In this document: positions 8,449 to 15,093 of the stretch, one piece after another
Layout of the letters: the number at the start of each line of letters is the position of its first letter
Numbering within the stretch: the first letter of the stretch is position 1
Source of the DNA: Bdellovibrionota bacterium FG-1
GTDB taxonomy: Bacteria > Bdellovibrionota > UBA1018
DNA length: 15,093 nt
Direction: 5' to 3'
NCBI GenBank assembly: GCA_051382295.1
Contig: JBBCAW010000071.1
Location: 1-15,093, forward strand
Program-made: the position numbers and the translations under genes
Notes under the pieces: generated by a model
Database searches by the model: none
What the model was told of the DNA's origin: nothing
The model's input: only the letters and a program-made list of their open reading frames with translations

Positions 8449-9703
8449 TTTATCCTGTGTGATCGCGGGCGTGAAGTCGCCCAATCCATTTTGGCTGGCC
8501 TCCGCGCCGCCGACTGACAAAAAGTACAACGTCGAGCGCGCGTATCAGGCGGGCTGGGGTGGGGTCGTGTGGAAGACTCTCGGCGAAGATCCGCACGTGG
8601 TGAATGTATCGTCGCGCTATGGCTCGATTGACTGGAATGGCCAGCGTATGGCGGGTTTTAATAATATCGAATTGATCACCGATCGACCGCTGGCGGTCAA
8701 TCTACAAGAAATCAAGGAAGTGAAACGCGCGTGGCCCGATCGCGCGCTCGTTGTTTCGTTGATGGTTCCGTGCAACGAGGAAAGCTGGAAGCGGATTTTA
8801 AAGAGTGTCGAAGAGACCGGCGCTGACGGGGTTGAACTTAACTTTGGTTGTCCCCACGGCATGAGCGAGCGAGGAATGGGCTCGGCCGTGGGACAGGTCC
8901 CCGAGTACGTTGAGATGGTGACGCGTTGGTGCAAAGCGAACACGCGCTTGCCCGTGTTCGTTAAACTCACGCCCAATATTTCGGATGTGCGCGTACCCGC
9001 ACGCGCGGCTAAGGCCGGCGGCGCCGATGCGATTTCGCTGATCAACACGATCAATTCGATTACCTCGGTGGATCTGGATCTCATGGCTCCCCAACCGACG
9101 GTGGGTGGTAAGGGTACTCACGGCGGGTATTGCGGGCCGGCGGTGAAACCGATTGCGCTCAATATGGTGGCTGAAATTGCCCGGGATCCGGCGACTCGCG
9201 GTATTCCGATCTCTGGGATCGGTGGAATTTCGAGTTGGCGAGATGCAGCCGAATTCATGGCACTGGGGAGTTCGTCGGTGCAGGTGTGTACCGCGGCGAT
9301 GAATCATGGCTTCCGAATCATCAGCGATATGACCGATGGTTTGAGTCATTGGATGGATAGCCGCGGGTTTCGCAAGCTCAGTGACTTTATCGGCATGGCT
9401 ATCCCCAACGTCGCGAACTGGAATGAACTCGATCTGAATTTCAAGACGCTGGCGCGGATTGAGCAAGAAAAATGCATTCAGTGCGGCTTATGTTACATCG
9501 CCTGTGAAGATACGTCGCATCAAGCCGTATCAGTTACGCAACTTCAAGGCGTCGCAAAGTACGAAGTGAAGGACAAGGAATGCGTCGGCTGCAATCTTTG
9601 CGCGCTGGTTTGCCCGGTAAAATGCATCACGATGGTGCCGCAGGAGACGGGATTGCCTTATCTACCCTGGACGCAGTATCCAAATAATCCGATGCGCAAG
9701 TGA
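8441..9703 (+). CDS. preA: Dihydropyrimidine dehydrogenase subunit PreA (FMN barrel + 2x[4Fe-4S])
   Basis: NPFWLASAPPT, NNIELITDRP, ELNFGCPHGMSERGMG, KLTPN, INTINS, GGYCGPAVKPIAL; C-terminal CIQCGLCYIAC and CVGCNLCALVCP. Start at ATG 8441 (MADLS). Confidence 0.96.
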   Translation: MADLSCVIAGVKSPNPFWLASAPPTDKKYNVERAYQAGWGGVVWKTLGEDPHVVNVSSRYGSIDWNGQRMAGFNNIELITDRPLAVNLQEIKEVKRAWPDRALVVSLMVPCNEESWKRILKSVEETGADGVELNFGCPHGMSERGMGSAVGQVPEYVEMVTRWCKANTRLPVFVKLTPNISDVRVPARAAKAGGADAISLINTINSITSVDLDLMAPQPTVGGKGTHGGYCGPAVKPIALNMVAEIARDPATRGIPISGIGGISSWRDAAEFMALGSSSVQVCTAAMNHGFRIISDMTDGLSHWMDSRGFRKLSDFIGMAIPNVANWNELDLNFKTLARIEQEKCIQCGLCYIACEDTSHQAVSVTQLQGVAKYEVKDKECVGCNLCALVCPVKCITMVPQETGLPYLPWTQYPNNPMRK

Positions 9704-10710
9704 CGGCTTTAGACCGGTGCGCTCCGTTTCCCATTCTCCTGGCTCCGATGGTGGGTCTCACGCATTTTGTGGTGCGAAAGGCGATTCAGGAATACCTTCC
9801 AACGGGTGCGCGTTCGCTTTGGCCGACCGAAATGTTAAATTCGCGGCGGATTCTGGATCAGAAAGTGGGACAATCGATTGAAACTCGTTTCGATGATTGG
9901 GAGCAGGGACTTTGTCCGCAACTTCTGGCAAACGAAGAACGCTTTATTCGAGTTTCGATTGAAAAGCTCAAGGATTGGGGGGCAACCGCGATCGACATCA
10001 ATATGGGGTGTCCGATGACTCGGGCGTTGAAGCATAATTATGGCGTGGCGCTGATGGGAGACCCGAATTATGCGGCCGAGATCACGGCGCTTGCGGTCCG
10101 GTATGCGGGGCATTTGCCGGTTTCGGTGAAACTGAGAGCGGCCCCCCTGACGGTAGAGGTTGAACCTGACTATTTGAAAAACTTTTGTCTCAAACTTCAA
10201 GATGCGGGTGCAAGTTGGATTACGCTTCATCCTCGTACTGCGGCGCAAAAGCGCAGGGGTGATGCGGATTGGTCCCAAATTGCGGACGTCAAGAAGTGGC
10301 TCAAGATTCCGGTGATTGGAAACGGCGATGTTCAGACGACGCATGACGTGCAGGCGATGTTTTCAGAAACGGGCTGTGATCGAGTCATGATTGGGCGCGC
10401 GCTCCTGGCCAAACCTTGGATGTTGAGGTCAACCGTCGAGGATCCGATCGAGTCTGGTGCACTTTACGGTCGGTTTTTGATGCGCGTTTTGGAACTCGCC
10501 CAAGAACATTACGCTGAACCCTTGGGGGTTCGGCGGTTTCGCTTCTTAGTTTATCATGGGAGTACGTATCTTGAGTTTGGCCACGCGCTCTATGTTTCGA
10601 TGATGAATACGGATACGTTTGAAGGTCTCGGGCAATGTATTAGGGAGTTTTTTGGGGAGGCGTTCGATCGTCCGCAAAAGATGTCTCAGGTCACGACACT
10701 GAGAACGTAA
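9700..10710 (+). CDS. tRNA-dihydrouridine synthase (Dus) family flavoprotein
   Basis: LAPMVG, TEM, PQL, IDINMGCP, SVKLR, LHPRT, ADW, GNGDV, VMIGRA. GTG start overlaps the preA stop (GTGA). Subfamily (A/B/C) not assigned. Confidence 0.92.
   Translation: MTALDRCAPFPILLAPMVGLTHFVVRKAIQEYLPTGARSLWPTEMLNSRRILDQKVGQSIETRFDDWEQGLCPQLLANEERFIRVSIEKLKDWGATAIDINMGCPMTRALKHNYGVALMGDPNYAAEITALAVRYAGHLPVSVKLRAAPLTVEVEPDYLKNFCLKLQDAGASWITLHPRTAAQKRRGDADWSQIADVKKWLKIPVIGNGDVQTTHDVQAMFSETGCDRVMIGRALLAKPWMLRSTVEDPIESGALYGRFLMRVLELAQEHYAEPLGVRRFRFLVYHGSTYLEFGHALYVSMMNTDTFEGLGQCIREFFGEAFDRPQKMSQVTTLRT
10597..10710 (+). repeat. Copy 1 of a 114-bp direct repeat (3' end of dus)
   Basis: Aligns without gaps to 12080-12193 with 12 mismatches; the first 17 bp are identical (TCGATGATGAATACGGA). 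Confidence 0.97.
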
Positions 10711-10741
10711 AAACAGGTCCATAACCGCAGGTCTTTAGGGC

Positions 10742-10917
10742 TCATGATCTTACGGTCACCTTTCTTGCCGCTTGTCGACGTTTGGCATGATCACGGAGAA
10801 TCACACGTCGGCCCCAACCATCGGGTTCCGTGTCGGCGATAGAACCGTGGAACACCGATCCATCGCGACTTTTACGATGGAACTGTGGACCGGTGACTAG
10901 CGGTAGATTCGGCTCAT
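10742..10917 (-). pseudogene. hipA: HipA-family toxin remnant (N-terminal region, internally deleted and truncated)
   Basis: ATG at 10917 overlaps the HTH gene stop (ATGA) and reads MSRIYR*. The shifted frame 10915..10742 reads EPNLPLVTGPQFHRKSRDGSVFHGSIADTEPDGWGRRVILRDHAKRRQ, containing the HipA N-terminal D-x-x-PDGWGR motif. Not in the ORF track. Confidence 0.85.
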
Positions 10918-11246
10918 AGGCGTGTGGGCTCCTTCTTGACTCTCACCCGTTGAGGCAGGCGTTGTTCATCCAGAAGGAGACCTTGATCGTCGTTCTTAGA
11001 CTCAATCATATCGCCGAATACAGCACCCAGTCCGAGCGCAAAGAGCGCCATGGCATAGATTCCGAGCGAGACAGTGGGGTTGCCCTTTTCAACACGAATG
11101 TAAGTATTCATGGATACCCCAATACGCTCGGCCATCATCGCGACAGTCAGTCTGCGTTTTCGCCGCGCAATGCCGATGTCAGCCCCAAATTTTGTCAAGG
11201 ACCGCCTGACATTGGCAGGGATCACATCATGAACCGAGGATCTCAT
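10914..11246 (-). CDS. XRE-HTH protein, HipB-like antitoxin
   Basis: VRRSLTKFGADIGIARRKRRLTVAMMAERIGVSxxTYxRVEKGNPTVSLGIYAMALFALGL...LPQRVR resembles hipA-associated HTH proteins; GGAG SD; coupled to the hipA remnant. Confidence 0.85.
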   Translation of the reverse strand: MRSSVHDVIPANVRRSLTKFGADIGIARRKRRLTVAMMAERIGVSMNTYIRVEKGNPTVSLGIYAMALFALGLGAVFGDMIESKNDDQGLLLDEQRLPQRVRVKKEPTRL

Positions 11247-11283
11247 TTTATAACTCCATATATTGCATACTAAAGGTATTACG

Positions 11284-11325
11284 CAGCTATATATAGAACT
11301 ATACAGCTATAGAATCTATTTTCAA
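11284..11325 (-). promoter_or_regulatory. Promoter/operator of the hipB-like gene
   Basis: TTGAAA (11325-11320), 16 bp, TATAGT (11303-11298), overlapped by the direct repeat CAGCTATA (11284-11291, 11304-11311) and the palindrome CTATATATAG. Confidence 0.55.
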
Positions 11326-11331
11326 CACAAA

Positions 11332-11345
11332 TCACGACACTGAGA
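11332..11345 (+). repeat. Third, 14-bp copy of the dus 3'-end sequence
   Basis: TCACGACACTGAGA is identical to 10691-10704 and has one mismatch to 12174-12187. Confidence 0.85.
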
Positions 11346-11739
11346 TACCTGCTTAGGGTGTTGATCCTAGAATCCAGTGAGGGCTGAATAAATAAACGTA
11401 AATGGGAGCATTACCAAATCGACTGGTACGGTTAGGATGCCAAGAAAAATGGCCGCCACTGGAGCAATGTTGGACCCATCATAGCAATGGGGATTACTGG
11501 GAAATATTCCTAAACCAGGATTACCGTTGCCAGTACAGTATTCGACTAATTACGACTGGGCCAAAACCAGATGAGTCAGAAAAAACATATCATTGTCAGA
11601 GGACATCTTTTGCAAGTTTGGCTCGATTTCGATCAGCATCGCCGGAAAGCTCGGTGAGAGTCTCTTCGAGAGTCGCCATTTTTCTGTAATGTTTTAGTAA
11701 TTGATGTTTGGTGTTATGTATTGTTTTATAGGAGCAATT

Positions 11740-12000
11740 ATGAATAAACGATCACTGGCTGTTACATTGTTTTTTTCTGCCGTGTTTTTGGTATCGGGTA
11801 GTACCCCCGGTTTTTCCGAGTCATTACGGGAAGGTCAGGTTTTAGGAAAGAAGTTCTCGGGTAAAGTGGAGCTGAATACGGTCGAAATCGCGCAAGGTGA
11901 GACGGTCGTGCAGATCATTGATCAGGAACGTAGTGTCGTGTGTTACGGGAAGTTGAGTCAGGGTGGGGCATCAACTATTAGCTGTCAAAAATTCAAGTAA
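11740..12000 (+). CDS. Small secreted hypothetical protein (86 aa)
   Basis: AGGAG SD before ATG 11740; Sec-type signal peptide MNKRSLAVTLFFSAVFLVSGSTPGFS; two Cys near the C-terminus (VVCYG...ISCQK). Confidence 0.7.
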   Translation: MNKRSLAVTLFFSAVFLVSGSTPGFSESLREGQVLGKKFSGKVELNTVEIAQGETVVQIIDQERSVVCYGKLSQGGASTISCQKFK

Positions 12001-12079
12001 TCATTTGATGATTGCTTGGGCCGTGGTTTCTTTTAATTTGATGGTGACGATGAGCCGAAGAACGTCGTCCCAGTCGCTC

Positions 12080-12193
12080 TCGATGATGAATACGGACAGG
12101 TTTGAAGGTCTCGGGCGATGTATTACGGAGTTTTTTGGAGCGGCGTTCGATCGGCCCCAGAAGATGTCTCACGTCACGACGCTGAGAACGTAG
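12080..12193 (+). repeat. Copy 2 of the 114-bp repeat: displaced dus 3' end (37 codons + stop)
   Basis: Encodes [37 protein letters not shown], versus SMMNTDTFEGLGQCIREFFGEAFDRPQKMSQVTTLRT* in copy 1. Confidence 0.95.
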
Positions 12194-12401
12194 CGTCCAG
12201 ATAAAGATCTTCGACCTTTTTTCGCGCCCAAGGGGTTCTTCTCAAAAAAGTTAAACTGGATTTGATGCTCGGGTCGCTCGTGAAGCAGCGGATGTCAATC
12301 CGGTTGCCGAGTTCTTTCCAGCCGTAGATCTCCACCAGCTTGGTCAATATCATTTCGAGCGTGACATTATGGAGCGGGTTACGGGGTTGGGAGTGGGGCA
12401 T
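12174..12401 (-). CDS. VF530 (DUF2132) family small putative DNA-binding protein
   Basis: [15 protein letters not shown]...YGWKELG...[31 protein letters not shown] matches the VF530 family pattern. Confidence 0.92.
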   Translation of the reverse strand: MPHSQPRNPLHNVTLEMILTKLVEIYGWKELGNRIDIRCFTSDPSIKSSLTFLRRTPWARKKVEDLYLDATFSAS

Positions 12402-13638
12402 GGTTTTTCAGAATCCAGGAAATCGTACGATCGGCCAGGTGATCGAGCGCGCGCACGCCCATTTCAATATGCCTTTCTTGGGTATCTTCAATCTTGTTAT
12501 GACTGATGCCTTTGAGTGACTGAGTAAAAATCATCACGGTCGGAATCCCGGCCCGCGCCACCTCGGCCGCATCATGCAAGGGGCCGGAGGGAAGACGGTA
12601 AGCTTTTCCACATTCCCTTGAGACGGCTTCATCGCAAAAGTTGAGTAATTCTGGGTGAAACGGGATCGGCTCGATCGTCCAAATCTTGTTCCATTCGACG
12701 GTGCATCCTTCTTCTTCGGCAAAACGTTGGGACATCGCCTTGGCTTCATCGAACATTTGTTGCAACACCTGGGCGTCGAGGTCGCGCTGGTCCAACGTTG
12801 CTTCGCAGCGACCCACCACCGCCGTAACAATTCCCGGAAATGTTTTCACACTCCCCATGGTGCAAACCGCATCTTCGTGTTTGCCGGCGATGTTTCGAAT
12901 CTCGAGCGCCAGCTTGGCTGCGGACGCCAGTGCGTCCCTTCGCATTTTCATCGGTGTTGCACCTGAATGAGCAGCCTGACCGGTGAACGTGACCGCGTGG
13001 CGCTCCACTCCTTTTGTGCCGGTCACGACTCCGAGGGGCAACCCCAGGCGCTCCAAAACCGGCCCTTGTTCGATATGAAGTTCGAGGTAAGCCGCCACAT
13101 TCTTGCGCTCTTTTGAAGCCTCTCCGAAGCGATCGATCTCGACACCGCACTTTCTCATGGCGTCTTCTAGGCGAATGCCGTCGCGGTCGGTGCGTCCCCG
13201 ATCGGCTTCAATCGTGTGTGTACCGGCAAAAGCGGATGACCCGAGGAGGCTTCGACCGAAACGCGCCCCTTCTTCGTCGGCCCAGTCCACGAGTTTGATC
13301 GTCACAGGAGGTTTGCCTTTGTACTGCGTATGGATGCGCCTTAAAATTTCAAGGCCGGCCACGACCCCTAAGCAGCCATCCAACCAACCGCCATTAGGCA
13401 CACAGTCCAAGTGGCTACCGATGAGCAAAGACCGTTCGGATTCGCCCCGAAGTGTCGTCCAAATATTTCCGGCGGCATCCTGATGGATCTCGACCGGCAA
13501 TTCCTTCGTTTTGTCTTTGAACCAAGCCCGCGCCTTGAGCCAGGTTTCGGTCCAGGCAACCCGCTGGCCTCCCTCTTCATTTGCCGTGAGGATTCGCAAT
13601 TCTTTCAGGTCTTGAATAGTTCGTTTTGGATTGAGCAT
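12379..13638 (-). CDS. Zn-dependent M20 amidohydrolase, hydantoinase/carbamoylase family; probable beta-ureidopropionase (PydC)
   Basis: [62 protein letters not shown]. Substrate inferred because it fills the pathway's missing third step. Confidence 0.88.
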   Translation of the reverse strand: MLNPKRTIQDLKELRILTANEEGGQRVAWTETWLKARAWFKDKTKELPVEIHQDAAGNIWTTLRGESERSLLIGSHLDCVPNGGWLDGCLGVVAGLEILRRIHTQYKGKPPVTIKLVDWADEEGARFGRSLLGSSAFAGTHTIEADRGRTDRDGIRLEDAMRKCGVEIDRFGEASKERKNVAAYLELHIEQGPVLERLGLPLGVVTGTKGVERHAVTFTGQAAHSGATPMKMRRDALASAAKLALEIRNIAGKHEDAVCTMGSVKTFPGIVTAVVGRCEATLDQRDLDAQVLQQMFDEAKAMSQRFAEEEGCTVEWNKIWTIEPIPFHPELLNFCDEAVSRECGKAYRLPSGPLHDAAEVARAGIPTVMIFTQSLKGISHNKIEDTQERHIEMGVRALDHLADRTISWILKNHAPLPTP

Positions 13639-13657
13639 TGAAATCTTTCCTTTGAAA

Positions 13658-14527
13658 TCAGCTCGCGGCCGACTTCATGCGATAAAGACAACGGCCGTCT
13701 CCTTTGTAATGATTTTCTAAAAGAGAGACTTTCATAGGCTTTTGCTGCCCATAAGTGCTGAAATTTTCATAGTAGCCTTTGTCATAGAAGGCTAAAAAAT
13801 CGTTCAAGACTGGATGATCCCGATACTGGAATTGTGCCATGTGAGGCAAAGGAGTTACCGCAAGATCCAGATGAGTTTCCGACTGATCCAAGACCTCCAG
13901 CTTAAAGTTGGATGCATAGCCGGGTGCGCAACCCACAAAAGCATTGATCAGTTGATGTTGATCTGAAAAAATCGCGTCGTAATAGTGGTGCAAAGACCCA
14001 TGCATATTGGGCTGACCGACATTTTGGGTGATGTTCTTGATGTCGGTAGTCTTCATACCGGTTTTTTTCAAAAGGACTTCGGCCAAATCGAGGGTAAAAT
14101 TAAAGTTAATCGACGCATTCAGATTGATGAAATACTCAAAGAAAAGCTTCCGCTCGCTTAAAAACGAATGAAAGTCGCGATCTCCCAGGTGGGTCCGGGC
14201 ATAATGCAGCAAGGGCAGAAGGGAGCGGACCCGCGTGTGCTTTTCGAATGAGTACCGGGCGGGTAAAGGTATGGCACTTTCCGGTTGGGCGAGCTCAATA
14301 TACCCATATTTGGGCGCATCAGCGGAGACCCCCGTAATACCCACAAACACGAACCATTGGGCCGCACTCAAATTTTGTTTGCCGCTCTCCACCCGTGAAA
14401 GGGCGCTTTGATCCAAACCCAATTGAGGGGCCAAGGCGGTTTGATTGAGGCCGAGGTGCTTTCTAGTGGCTTCAATAAGAAGACCAATAGTGAGGCGAGT
14501 TTCATCGGCGGAAAGTGAATTTAGCAT
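13658..14527 (-). CDS. XRE-HTH transcriptional regulator with a ~210-aa uncharacterised C-terminal domain
   Basis: N-terminal LIEATRKHLGLNQTALAPQLGLDQSALSRVESGKQNLS is a clear XRE HTH; 289-aa ORF ending 19 bp upstream of the amidase gene. Confidence 0.8.
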   Translation of the reverse strand: MLNSLSADETRLTIGLLIEATRKHLGLNQTALAPQLGLDQSALSRVESGKQNLSAAQWFVFVGITGVSADAPKYGYIELAQPESAIPLPARYSFEKHTRVRSLLPLLHYARTHLGDRDFHSFLSERKLFFEYFINLNASINFNFTLDLAEVLLKKTGMKTTDIKNITQNVGQPNMHGSLHHYYDAIFSDQHQLINAFVGCAPGYASNFKLEVLDQSETHLDLAVTPLPHMAQFQYRDHPVLNDFLAFYDKGYYENFSTYGQQKPMKVSLLENHYKGDGRCLYRMKSAAS

Positions 14528-14553
14528 TTGAGCTCAGTTCTGCGCACGCGCTA

Positions 14554-14582
14554 AACTTATGGTTTTTACACCTTTTTGTAAA
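14554..14582 (-). promoter_or_regulatory. Candidate promoter with palindromic operator for the HTH-amidase-VF530 unit
   Basis: - strand TTTACA (14582-14577), 17 bp, TAAGTT (14559-14554); inverted repeat TTTACA-N6-TGTAAA (14565-14582). Confidence 0.45.
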
Positions 14583-14747
14583 CCACCATTTTAGTTAACA
14601 AACTGAGATAGCTTCGTATATCCTTTAGCAAGACCACTTTTCAGTACGCCAAAACCCGGATCGTTGCTTGGCCTCCGTGAGTGGAAGCGTCGGTGCTTAG
14701 AGCCTCTACTCGGATTTTGCGTAAAGACTCTGCCGCCCCCGTCTGAC

Positions 14748-14994
14748 GTAAGTTGAAAAACCGTGAGACCAAGTTCCCAACGGAGGAACGAATCTCATGA
14801 ATGCAGTCAATCATCGTCAGGTACCTGCTGCAATAACGCAGCTGCGCGCCGAAATCGCAGCCCTACCTCAAGGGCGGGGTGGCAAACGCCACGGCATCCC
14901 GGATGAACTCAAACGCCGGGTAGTTCAAGAGTTAAGTCGAAGTGGAATGCGAACCAGTGAATTTTCCCTGCTTATCCGGTTGTCACTTAATTGA
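14748..14994 (+). mobile_element. Probable IS66-like left end with truncated TnpA-like HTH ORF (14797..14994)
   Basis: GTAAG start at 14748 (IS66 ends typically begin GTAA); GGAGG SD; ORF GKRHGIPDELKRRVVQELSRSGMRTSEFSLLIRLS resembles a transposase-type HTH and stops early. No tnpB or tnpC follows in the window. Confidence 0.5.
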
Positions 14995-15093
14995 TGTTTT
15001 TGAAGATTTCGCGCTGCGCGCAACGCTGTAGACTTCTCGATAGGTTAATCCAGGCCGGAGAGTTCCAAGTCCCAGTAAAGTTCGAAATGATAC

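Larger units (their letters stand above)
10711..12079. mobile_element. Small genomic islet/remnant at the dus 3' end (no integrase visible)
   Basis: Bounded by duplicated dus 3' ends; partly AT-rich; toxin-antitoxin cargo; interrupts the dus/VF530 convergent junction. Confidence 0.7.

Noticed and set aside
2950..10344. Many overlapping antisense or alternate-frame ORFs inside the operon (e.g. 4609..5349, 8798..9466), and likewise inside the amidase gene
   Set aside because: Shadow ORFs of well-supported genes, with no recognisable motifs.
11402..11689. 95-aa ORF in the islet
   Set aside because: No clear SD, no motif and atypical composition; cannot be supported, though a decayed gene is not excluded.
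11963..12193. 76-aa ORF as an independent gene
   Set aside because: Its second half is the duplicated dus tail, and the first half overlaps the secreted-protein gene end with no RBS.
14679..14711. Resemblance of GAGTGGAAGCGTC to the 5' end of the xanthine (NMT1) riboswitch
   Set aside because: The conserved 3' half is absent, and the orientation points into an IS-like remnant rather than a metabolic gene.
14985..15093. Possible 3' end of a - strand gene entering from the right edge
   Set aside because: All three reverse frames are briefly open and none is recognisable; it cannot be called from this window.
1..15093. tRNA, rRNA, CRISPR array, integrase or clear intrinsic terminators
   Set aside because: None seen on reading either strand.

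Overview
Bacterial chromosomal window centred on a complete, extended reductive pyrimidine catabolic cluster. On the + strand: CoA-acylating (methyl)malonate-semialdehyde dehydrogenase, dihydropyrimidinase, class III beta-alanine-type aminotransferase, preT and preA, followed by a translationally coupled Dus-family gene. On the - strand, facing it: an XRE-HTH/unknown-domain protein, a Zn-dependent (M20) beta-ureidopropionase-like amidase and a VF530 protein. The + strand operon has a structured leader of about 210 nt, with a hairpin that buries the ribosome-binding site. A ~1.4 kb islet sits between two diverged copies (114 bp, 12 mismatches) of the dus 3' end and contains a third 14-bp copy. 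It carries an intact HipB-like antitoxin, a deleted hipA remnant and a small secreted protein. The left flank has a cheA pseudogene fused to a glycoamylase/GH144-like fragment, and an intact, apparently leaderless and autoregulated DUF6932-like nucleotidyltransferase + XRE-HTH pair (candidate toxin-antitoxin). The right end has a probable IS66-like remnant. All family calls come from motif recognition by eye; no searches were run.
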